A DNA stretch of 62,598 bases, filler included, from Collodictyon triciliatum (Eukaryota), in assembly GCA_043381765.1 (NCBI GenBank). It is 5 parts of 4 records of this genome, joined end to end, with 100 filler letters (N's around TTAATTAATTAA, not from the genome) between each part and the next. Parts side by side here need not be neighbours in the genome. Positions count along the whole stretch, not along the records: positions 1 to 21,181 come from JBHJMP010000085.1; 4 more parts are not named here. One strand, 5' to 3'. Made by a program: the position numbers and the translations under genes. The notes below the pieces were generated by a model, which was not told the origin of the DNA, ran no database searches, and saw only the letters and a program-made list of their open reading frames with translations. This document shows, in pieces, positions 1 through 11,282 of the stretch. Within the stretch, counting starts at the first letter, position 1; every line of letters starts with the position of its first letter.

Positions 1-163
1 CTATTTTCTTTTTCTATTTTCTTTTTCTATTTTCTTTTTCTATTTTCTTTTTCTTTTTTCTTTTTCTATTTTCTTTTCTATTTTCTTTTTTTTTTTATTA
101 TCTTGGCTTCTCTATTATTATCGATTTGCTTGCTCCCAGTTTGTGCTTAAACGTACTCTCTAG

Positions 164-3100
164 GCGTACTTAAAGATTCATCCTGTGAGAGGAAGTGAAA
201 GTGTGAAAAAATCTTCGACTTGTATGCGCACTATTGGCTCCAGCGTTGTTGCCATGAAACCACCCAGTGTACTTGCAACAAATAACAATAAATATTCGCT
301 CGTCCCGCTTTTCTGCTATACAATTAGCCAACGTCAAGTATTGATAAAAACCAGATGTAATCCGAATCCACCGTCAATAGGGTTTGCACTCCGCAGGTTG
401 TGAAGAGGGAAGATTCATGTATTCAAGGGTATTCGATGAGAAATCTTCGTCTGAACATCTATTCGAGCAATGTGTTCTACCAATGATAGATGTATTACTT
501 ATTTGAATACATTATGTTTTTTTTTATTGTTTTTTTTGTTGTCTCGCATCACCACGACCTTTTTGTTGTTTTTATGTCTATTATTAACGATTGAGTTTGC
601 TTGACAGGAATTTTTGCAAGGTCAAAATACCTTGTTTTTGTCATATGGCACTGCAAACTCCGGTAAGACTCTTCAGAAACATCTATACAGCATTTTTCTT
701 ACAGATATTTAGCAAGATAATTGAAGAAGGAAGGTCTTAAGTTTCTCTCAAAGATTTGCGATTATATATCCATCTGATGTTACTCACCAGTTTCATTCCG
801 TTTTTCGGTTTATATTGTTTTTTCCTTCATCTGATTCTAAGGTTTTTTATTTGCAAATTATATATTTTGCTAAGTTTAATATAATTTTATGACCACCTAA
901 AGGAAAATCGGATATATTATACGGCCATACGGGGAGCGATGGATTCATCGGTAGGATTGTATCATGCGTGATGAACTCGATCGACCGTCTTAGGAACGAT
1001 GACGAATATGAAACTAGGGTACTTGAAGCAGATGAGTCCACAGGACAAGTTTTCTTGACTCCTTCGGTAACCCAACCATTCCAACGTCATTTTTCAGGGT
1101 CTTTCATGGAAGATTCATACTTTTTTACCTATCGACTATTCACAGTATAGTGTGTCTTAAAAAATAATAATTGAAAGTGGCAACCGACTTTCAAATTGTT
1201 TTTATCTCTTATACATTAGCGACTCAATCTCATTTGATTGTACTCATGATTCATACCATACCATTGCAGAAAGATGATTCTTCAAAATTGGAACAGTCTG
1301 GACTAGCTAATATTCTAGATGGGTCGGTTTTGAATAAAGGTATACACAAGACACTCACAAGCCACCTCTTAAAGAATGAATTGAGAATGACACATTTGGA
1401 TGATTAAATATTATACCAATATTCAGGAACAAATTTCGCGTTGTCAATATCTGTCATCAGCATCAAAGATGAAGAAATTGAATTCATGACCAAGACAGAA
1501 GAGCAAGGAGATGAGAGAGACGGCGAAGAAGACAAAAAAAAGACATCAATAAAGGCTGGAGATGAATCGGAGGATGATTCCCCGCACCACCCGAATCACA
1601 CAATATTCGTTCGTACTATAGAGGTCCTCGTCAAAAAAAAATTCTAATTTTCCGAAAGTGTCAACATATTGTCTATTTTCTTAACATCGACGATATATTT
1701 TCGATTCATTAATTGCATTTTTAATTTTTTTTATTGTTTATAAAAGAATCAAAACAAACTATATATGTGCTATTAAATGCAATATGTTTTTATTTATTAA
1801 TTTTACAGGAAGCAATGATAATTATTCAAAGATGCAAGGAAAATATTGAGCTTTCCAAAAAAGACTCACATGAGAATAAAAAGAGGCATATCATCGTCAA
1901 TCTTTATTTATATCAAATTTCATCGGTGAGATTTTTCCTTTTATTTATTAATTGTACATACCTATCGTGCCCGGTGACTGAGAAAATATAACTTTGAGTG
2001 TTTCATTAAGGAAAGGGATCTTGCAGATATTGATGAGGCCGTCTTTTCTCGTTTAACATTTGTCGATGTCGCCTCTCTACTTACCACAAACGTCCTCGAA
2101 AGTCCACATCCAATCTCTGATGACGTTATCTCCCTTCTGGATATCTCGTCTCTTGCACTAAATAGGTGTGTGAATGCCATCAAGAACAAACCACAGGGCA
2201 CTACAACATCAAAGCAAATGGTAATGAGTTTTAGAACATTTTAAAATTCACTAAAAAAAAAAATACATACGAATAGGCTGGTGTGTTGTGTGGTAGAGAA
2301 TGATTATTCTCGTTTATACAGGAAATCCCATTTGACGAAAGTTCCTTGACATGGATTCTGCAGGATTTTTTTACAGGACCATCGTACATAGTATACACTC
2401 TCGGACATTAAATAACCCCATAATCTCTTCGCTGAATGTCATATCGATGATATTTTCTAATTTTTAGAGGATTAAAATATTTACAATAGTTTGAAAATAA
2501 ATCACTTTTATTTTTATCTCATCTCATTTATTTGCAGGGTATAGTGGCTGATGTTTGCAATTCACCTCATTTGTATAAATCCACTCTGCAAGTATTAAAG
2601 CTCTCGGCGTTAACCAAGGAGATTCAAGTGTCATTGGGAGGGAAAGAATCATCGGAGTATAGTTAAATTAAATTTGTCGCATTTATTTTATTATACATCC
2701 GACAAAATTCAATTTGAAATCGGCACTGACCGTTTTTTTTCGTAGAAACTCCATTCTTTCAGATAGAAAAAAACATGCTTCAAGTAAATTCTTAACACTA
2801 AAGAAAGAATAGACATTATACAGTGTTCCTAGAATAAGGTTTCCTCAATTTTATGATAAAATTAGTCCTTTATTAAAAATCAACAGCGCTGAAGGAAAAT
2901 GCCGAGTTGTTGAAGGAAATAGACCGACTGGAAAATCTCGTTTGTCTCATTTACAGATGTAACTTCATAATGTATTGGCGACGTCTTTGCTATGGTCTGA
3001 TATATGTCACGTTGAACCGATGGTCAGTTGTTTGAATCGGAAACCCGATGCCAAGAAATTGAAGCCGATGTCCGCTTCGAGGTTTCAAATGAAATGGCTC

Positions 3101-6100
3101 AACGCCTACGAGATATGGATGTTCTGTATAGGAGTAGACTAGAGCAAGAGGTTTTGGGTGCATAAATGGAAACATCTATCAAACTACCACCATACAATAG
3201 TCTCTCTTCTATTCAGATAAAATTTCTGTATTTATCGACTCTTAAAAAATTCAGAATCAGTTCATACAAGAAATGTACAACAATAAACTCCGGTTACTTC
3301 AAAGAGCTTCATTAAGGAAGAGGCTGGATGTACCTCAAGGTAGTATGTCTAAATGTAAATATGATTTGTCACATCTTTCGTGTGTGCTGATTTCTTATTT
3401 TACTTTTACTTTACCCCTCAACCAGATAACCCGACTGCAGCTTTATATGAAGACTTGAAAGCCTCACATGATAAACTTCTCGAGATGCAAGAAGAGGTAT
3501 TTGCATATAACTTTGCTGTTGTATGTATTTGCCTTGATTTCATTAAGGTGTTAACTTTTGGAATGAAAAATTACTCATTTCTTGAATCGATTTGTTTGTA
3601 TGAAGGCAAGTGCCGAAATTAAGCACAAGTCAGATCTGCTTCTAATGAAACAAATCGAAATCGAGCGTCTAAATAGAGTGATATCAGAAAACGAGGTTCT
3701 CGATTTGCTTATTTTTAATGTCTTAAGGCTGCAAAAAAAAAAAAAAAAAACTTCAAATGAATATGCTTTGATGTTGCTGACTGTTCGAAATTCTATTGTA
3801 GTCAAAGAGGGCGATTCTGGTTGCAAAATTAACCTCGGAACAGCAGAACATAGAGAAGCTCAAGAGGGAACAAGTAAAATAAAATGAAATGAAATGAAAT
3901 TCCTTTGCACTAATAATAGTAGGATGGTAACGAGAATAGAATCCAACTGATGATTCATAATGTAATGAGAATTTTGGAACCACAGGAAGAGTTATTGAGG
4001 CAAGGTGGCTCCAATTCGAATTCCGAGTCATCGGCTCAAATAGCTGCTAATACGCAACAGGTTAAATTGATACGGAATCAATGCTTCACCAAACCCAAGA
4101 CTCAGCTTCTATAATGGTATCATGCCTTTCAAAATATATAGGAATTGATGGTGTCAAAAAGAGTTCATGCTGTAGAATTAAGAAGGCTACTGAAAATAAT
4201 AGAGGAAAAAGAAACAGCGGAGGAACAAATGAGGTAATTATGAAAGTCGCGATAAAAAAAATAATTCTTTTGTCTCCTGAAAATCTAAAATACAAGGGCA
4301 TTTATTCATTTCTAAAAAAAAAAAAATCTTTGAAATTAGAACTGAGCTATACAATTATAAGAAACAGTCGAATGAGAAGGATGAAACCATCCAACAGCTA
4401 AGAAAGGTTATTGAAGAAAACGAAGCGAAAGAGGTAAGGATAAATTTAACTTAATCCACCAAATAGAATTGCCAAAAAAATTTTCAGAAATGAATGAAGG
4501 AGAAAAGCGTCTTTTTAATCTAATTTTAGGAACGTGAATTATTTTATTTTTCTCCAATATTTCGTGATTGTGATTTTTTTTTGGTTCCTTTTAATTTTCT
4601 TAAGAAAGTGATGATGAATGTTTAAAGTGACTAAAGTGTATTACAGTCTAGTTACAAGAAAATAATTGGACAAAGCGGAAACAAGCAAATGGCTCTGCTT
4701 GATGAAGAAAGAGAGGAGAAGGAGAAATTAAGACTCGAAATGGAGGAACTAAGAAACTCGCTCCAAGTATACGATAAATACATATTCTTGATGAGCTTTA
4801 GTTTTTTTGCCGAGCCTGGAAGCTGAGATATCTTGAAATTCTTTAATTCACCAACTTGAAAGTTTATAAGTATTACACGTAGATAAATTACTGAATTATA
4901 ATACTGCCTTCTCTTAGGAAGCAATAAATATTCTCAAGCATGTTCCTCTTTCTTCCCATGCATTTGATATGCTGGTGACCAAGGAAGCAAACTCTCCTAC
5001 TCTCAAAAGAATGGTGAAGCATCTTTCCCCTGGCAAATCCACTATTAATGCAAATGAAGACCCCGCTCCGAATAGCATGTTAAGCGAATCCCCTCCGGCA
5101 AAGCACACTTCCACTGTGCCAAAGGACACCACAGCCGTCGCAGCCAGCTCAAAACCACCTTCATCATTCAAGACAAAACCTGGTTTTCAAAACATGTTTG
5201 TCTCGGTGCCTGGAAAGCCCGCACCGAATCGTGAAGCCAACACGAAAAGAAATGACTATCCGCCCAAATTGCTTGCAGTAACTGATAGGCAAGGTCAAAA
5301 GGATGATGAACCCAGTTGGAAAAACCCATCTATTCCTGTGCTTCAAATTTATGCCACGGAGTCCAGTGGAACAGTGGGATTTGCGCAGGTAGGCACTCAG
5401 AGATTTACCGAAGAAACTGTATGTGGCATTTGATGGCCATCCATCTTTGAGCGATTCTTTCATCAATTTCTCACAAAGTTTTTACCTTCTTTTTTTTTTT
5501 TCGGGGGGAAAACACATGAATTTCATGTCTAGCCCTATACACCACGAGAATTCCTGAGCACAGCTACTCCAAATGTTAGCGATATCCAAAGGGTTGATTC
5601 AACAGTTGAGTCCTTCGTCGATGAATTTGATGAGGGAGAGGTAATTGAAAATTGAGCAGAGGAAAACAACAAGAATTTGTAAATTAAAACATTCTCTGTG
5701 ATGTAAAAAATTGGAAAGAAAACAAGAGAGGCAGAATCAACCTGATTGAATCCAACACACCATAGTTATCACCCCGCAAGAGGAAGTCACCAAGACCTAA
5801 AGAACCACCTTTCATGGATCAATCGGTAATAACTCTCAGTTCGTCATTATATTCCTGAATATATATTTTTTTTCACAAAATAGACCCCTTGTTGAACTTT
5901 ATACGTCATATTATAGACTTTTTGATTTTTAATGTTTAATATTGCAAACGCAATTACCTATTTTGTTAACAATGATTTTGCAATCGCCACAAGGGCGCGG
6001 ATCCAGAGACACCAAAACGAATGAAGTCTCCAGGATTCGACTCTCCATCTGCCCACATCCGGTTCAACACTCTGATTCCTGACATTCCCGTCCACACGAC

Positions 6101-6841
6101 AGCGCAATCAAGTAAGACAGAGACTACGTCGATTACACAGAGCTTGGCACAGTTTCCAACACCGCAAAGCAGCGAATTCCAAATCCCACCTTTCAGCTTT
6201 ACAGACACACATATTTCACATCTTGACTCCAATTCAGAGAATCAAACCCTCACGGATACTTCTGCGTCAAAGTCTAAAAGTTAATTTTCATTTTATTCTA
6301 TTTTTTTTTTTTTTCATCCTACACCCACGAAAAGCGCGATTTTTTCCATTAAGAAATTGCCGCTCCAACCTTTCCCGCTTGTGCATTAACTATCCCACAC
6401 AGTCTTTTATTCAATCAATCAATCAATCATGTGTATGCGCATGCATTAGAGTCGTTTGTGAACCCTCTGCAAGGGCCGAGGTCGCTGTTTGCCAAAAGCA
6501 AGAAAATCACGGACGTCCTTCGGCACAGACGCAAGGACAATCGCGCACAACCGAGTTCACCAGACCCAACGCCTGAGTCCGGGTCTGACTCTGGCCCAGA
6601 AAAAACCGCAGAGGTAAGTCATTGCCGATGCGCAGCAGAACATTGCCCTCTTTCCCTTCTTTTCTTTTCTTCTTTTCTTTTCTTTTCTTTTCTTTTCTTT
6701 TCTTTTCTTTTCTTTTCTTTTCTTTTCTTTTCTTTTCTTTTCTTTTCTTTTCTTTTCTTCGCGACATTCAATCAAACCAACGACCAAACCTTCACTTCTT
6801 TCATCACACAGGCAAACTTGTCCACAAAGCCAACCAAGTAA
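164..6841 (+). CDS. Kinesin-6 family (KIF20/MKLP2-like) protein with degenerate motor domain; multi-exon, 5' end upstream of window
   Basis: Spliced exons give AYLKIHP (164; cf. VYLRIRP), FMYSRVFD, GQNTLFLSYGTANSG|KSDILYG (P-loop; cf. KIF20 YGVTNSGKT), SRLTFVDVASLL, LALNRCVNAIK, IPFDESSLTWILQDFFTG and YKSTLQVLKLSA. The stalk EIEADVRFEVSNEM...QEMYNNKLRLL resembles KIF20A. Coiled-coil exons and an S/T-P-rich tail follow, ending ANLSTKPTK* at 6839-6841. Some internal exon boundaries are approximate. Confidence 0.8.
6661..6760 (+). repeat. (TTTTC)n intronic microsatellite
   Basis: Near-perfect pentamer tandem in the last kinesin intron. Confidence 0.95.
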
Positions 6842-7185
6842 CCGTTTTGCCATTCACATCATCACGAGTGCATCACCACGCGATACATCGCCACCGCCAA
6901 ACATCTTGAGGAACAAAGCAAAATGCCTTCAAAAAAGCGCTCACATACTCACCCACACCCCACTCCGCAGGAAAAGCTTCTTCTCGCGCAAGAAAAAGCC
7001 TGAAGGCAAGACCGCAGACGACAGCACAGCTTCGTGAGGATTCACCAGGCCAACCTGCTTGCACGCCAAAACAAAGGGAAAGAACAAAGAGGCGGGCGTC
7101 TCCTCTCAACCATCCACATAAACCACAGATCATCCCAGACCCGCAAACCATTCCCCAGCCTCTGCGCCACGAAGAAGGACGAAGC

Positions 7186-9461
7186 ATGGAGGGCGACTCG
7201 GACGACTCCGATCTTGACTTCGACTTGCCGCTCAACAGCGGGCTGGGTCTGGGCTCGAGCCTGCAGATTCCTGTGCTTGCAGGCCTCGCAATGCCGGCCT
7301 CCTTCGATCTGGACGAGACAGCCGCAGCAGAGGAAAGCGTGTGGACAAAGTCCTTCAGCTCGCTTGATCCCTTTGCTGCAAAGGCCCACGAAGCAGAGCC
7401 TGAAGCCACGCCGGGCCGGAAGCACAAGGCAGGCGAGACGGCTGAGTGGAGCGATCGGGAGAGTGTGAGTGTTGCGAGCGAGTCGGAGTCTCTGGGGCAG
7501 GAGAGGCCGGATGAATCGGCGCAGCGTTCTGCAGCTTCGCAAGAGGCAAAGGAAGCGGCTGTGAGGCAGAGTCGGTGGAGGCAGCACGCAAAGGCAGGAG
7601 GCCACGCGAGGCTCAAAGGCGCACGCGATGGTTCGGACCTGACTCTGTTTGAGGCGCACTATCGAGACTGGTGTGGCGGCGCCTCCGTTGCCGAGAGATT
7701 GGATGACGGACGAGAAGACTCTGCAAAGAAGCCTATCTATTGTCTGCTTTCGGCCCAGGTTGTCTCGCTCGATGGATGGAAGTTAATGTGCCGTCTTTTA
7801 TTTTATTTTGTTCTTTTTCTTTTTCTTTTCTTTTTCTTTTCTTTTTCTTTTCTTTTTCTTTTCTTTTTCTTTTCTTTTTCTTTTCTTTTTCTTTTCTTTT
7901 TCTTTTCTTNNNNNNNNNNNNNNNNNNNNNNNNNNNNNNNNNNNNNNNNNNNNNNNNNNNNNNNNNNNNNNNNNNNNNNNNNNNNNNNNNNNNNNNNNNN
8001 NNNNNNNNNTTCTTTTCTTCTTTTCTTTTCTTCTTTTCTTTTCTTCTTTTCTTTTCTTCTTTTCTTTTCTTCTTTTCTTTTCTTCTTTTCTTTTCTTCTT
8101 TTCTTTTCTTCTCTTCTTTTCTTCTCTTCTTTTCTTCTTTTTTTTCTTCTTTTTTTTCTTCTTTTTTTTCTTCTTTTTTCTTCTTTTTTTTTCTTCTTTT
8201 TTTTTCTTCTCTTCTTTTCTTCTCTTCTTTTATTCTTTTTTTCTTCTTTTTTTCTTCTCTTCTTTTCTTCTCTTCTTTTATTCTTTTTTTTTCGGTATCT
8301 CTTTTCGTCTTGTAATGACTCATCCAATAATTGATGCTGCTGTTGTTAGGATGTGGAGATGCGCTGGCTCCTGAGGCATCATGTCCCATGTGTTGTAGCC
8401 AGTCTCTCTTCGGATTTAGAGGTAGCTTCATATGTGATGATTGAAAACGAAGAGAAGTGATATTTGATTGCGATTTGAAAAGAGTGTCCAGAAATCATGA
8501 GCTGTGTTCTTCTGCAGTGATATATGTAGGGGTCTGCTTTTATCAGTCGATATTTTATCCTTTTGGCATAATTTGAAGGGGCTAATTAATACACAAAATG
8601 AAGCTAGCGTGTTGTTCGCTCCAATGCATCATCCCGAGAAACGCTGTTCCTTGGGGTTTGGAAGGTTTTCTTTTTCTTTTTTTCTTTTTCTTTTTCTTTT
8701 TCTTTTTCTTTTTCTTTTTCTTTTTCTTTTTCTTTTTCTTTTTCTTTTTTGCAATCAGTTGCCTGCTTCTTTTTATTTTGGTTTTCTACCATGCTCCGAT
8801 CTGTGAATATTATTCTCAATTTCAGGGCCAAGTGATTCTGATGACGGGTATTATCGATTGAGCGATGACAAGTTGGTTTCTTATTGCCCTCGGAAATTTT
8901 TTTCATGGAATCAGAATTCATCTCCAATAAAGAGTTTTCCTATTTTATATCCTGAAAGTAGCTAAATATATACCTCTGGTTATTGAAGATTGAAAGAGGC
9001 GTATTTTAACAAAATCGCATTCACTTTTTCTTCAGATTGGCTATGTCAGGCTACTTGTTTTTTGATGGTGAATCGCGAATAGTGCAAATGGTATATTTCG
9101 TCATAGATGGATTATGTATTCATTAATACTAAAACTAATGGGTGTGTGTGTTCAGAGTAACTCATTTCTTTGTCAATAAATGCAAATTTTTTGGGTTTTG
9201 AATGATGGTATGTACAGGATTTGGGAATGAAACACCCAAATCCAAAGAATTCTCAACTGATTAGAAGTTCAATCCAACCGTCCAAACCTTGTGAAATTCA
9301 CCAGGTAAAATAAAACGTTCATATTTTTTTTGTTTTTTGTTTTTTGTTTTTTTATAGATTTACATGCATGTGTTTATTTTGGTAACATTTATCGACAAAT
9401 ACACAATATCATGTAAACAGAAACCTCATGAAACTTTTTTATATTGAAATTGTGAGCCCAT

Positions 9462-9518
<57 letters not shown>

Positions 9519-10627
9519 CCCTTTCTTTTTTTTTTTTTTTTTTTTTTTTTTTTGATCGGAATAGCTGAAGTTTGTCAGAAGAACGCTCAAAGCTATCAAG
9601 TTGGAGCTGGACTGGAATCCATCGGCAACGGACTGTACAGAACTTAAAGAATGTCTCGAAGTTTGTGACTTTGGTTTTCCAAGAAGAATAGCGATTTATT
9701 TTTATAACATCATGTAATTACATATGCACTGAAAACAAAATTATCGCACACCGTGTAAAATCCCTATTTTTCATGTAATCTGCTTTGTTTTTTTAAAAAA
9801 AAAAAAATTACAGAATTTCAAGAGAATTTCACACTCGATCCTCAAAATAATACACGATCTCACGCTCCGACCATCACATTTCTTCCCAGAGTCCAAATCA
9901 TCAGATATCCATGTTTGTTTTAGGAGGCGACTCATAATATTGTTTCATAATAATAAGTTCGTGTGTAGTGGATTCATATTTATTCCATTCTGACGAAATG
10001 GAGGAAATAAAGGAAAAAAGGGATCCAATTTGGAATTAATTATTACTTCATCTCTGTTTTTTCTTTTACTTTTGGTCGCAGCGTCGATACTCAATGCAGA
10101 ATACTTTGTCTTATGGTTTAGCAGTACATATTTCACCCGCCACTTCCAAATGACGTCGTCGTGCAAATCGGGGTGAAAGGTACTTTCCTTGTAGTGGAAG
10201 TTATCGGCCTTACACCTCTTACCCACGAAAAGTCGAAGCCCAACAAACAAACAGGCGTCGAACCGTGCAACATGTTTGGCTATCTCGGAAAGATGGTGTA
10301 AGTTATCTATGGGAAAAAATCACATTTAATTTCATTTAAAACACTATTAGTTGACAAAATCATTGAGACATATGCATCACTCGTTCGGGTTGGTTATGCG
10401 CCTTTATTTTTAAATAATCATTTATTTCATATCAATTTGGTTTGAAAATATACATATCTTTCTTTGATAATCCACCTCACAGCACACACCAGAAGCGACC
10501 GCACGAAATCAGCTTCTACCATAGCACAGATGTTGCTGTCCCAAGAATAGAGTCTCTTCATCGATACCTCACATGTGCATATGACCGATGTGTTGAAATA
10601 ATTCACAAGCTGGATCTCTTTTCTTGA
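7186..10627 (+). CDS. ROGDI: ROGDI / Rav2 homolog (RAVE/Rabconnectin-3 V-ATPase regulator subunit) with N-terminal extension
   Basis: Exon 7186-7758 splices in frame to 8350-8421 DVEMRWLLRHHVPCVVASLSSDLE (cf. ROGDI EEEFRWLLHDEVHAVLKQL). Later exons read SGYLFFDGESRIVQM|DLGMKHP, LTLRPSHFFPE, YIFHPPLPNDVVVQIGV (cf. MFAPALPSDLLVNV) and VAVPRIESLHRYLTCAYDRCVEIIHKLDLFS* (cf. VIPWLNDAL...CQQLKDKISVFS). Confidence 0.8.
7810..8292 (+). repeat. T/C low-complexity tract in ROGDI intron 1 (contains N gap)
   Basis: TTTTC/TTC-type degenerate tandem repeats. Confidence 0.9.
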
Positions 10628-11282
10628 TAAAATCCAGCATCGTCCCCGAATGAAACTCTCACAAGCTCGAACAAAAGAAAAAGAACTAAGGGAAAAGAAA
10701 AGACAGTCAGCGCTGAATCATGCCCAATTGGGATACATTAATATGGAAATTATAATAATCATGTAGCCATAGATGTGATACTCTTTTTGGACAATATAAA
10801 TGATACAATAATGGCTGCAGCGTAGCTATTAAATCAACATTAGCGATTTTTGACGCATAGCACACGTGTGATTCAGGGAACATAACAATAGCCGCAATAC
10901 CGCAGCCACGCAACACAAACATTCTCTATTCACTGAAAGAGCTAAAAAGAATAGCAAGTGACAAGCGAGAAAAAGAGAAACAAAGACAAAGAAGAACGAA
11001 AGGGAGCAGCAAAATTACTCAGAAATCACAAGTGTTCTCTGACAGCGCACAAAACACCCGCTCCAAATGGCGATCCGAAGCCTGCCTGCCCCTTCTTCCG
11101 CGCCTATATAGACGGAGCCACCAAAGACCTTGGCAGAAAGGCGAGACCACCACCCAATAACAACTACACCAAACACCAATCAGCATCCGACCCGACTGGA
11201 GTCAAAAAATAATAAAATATACAAAGTAATAATAATAGTCGCGCACAAGTGAACCAAGGAGATTAACCGCAACCACCAGAGA

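Noticed and set aside
6431-8431. Long K/R/E-rich and F/S/L-rich ORFs in the ORF track (also at 35245, 40276, 45072, 50089, 56612, 59401)
   Set aside because: They are translations of intronic microsatellites and N gaps, not proteins.
7620-8460. BRCT-like C-terminal domain of the kinesin
   Set aside because: The kinesin terminates at 6841, and the MRWLL exon matches the ROGDI N-terminal helix and splices on into ROGDI exons.
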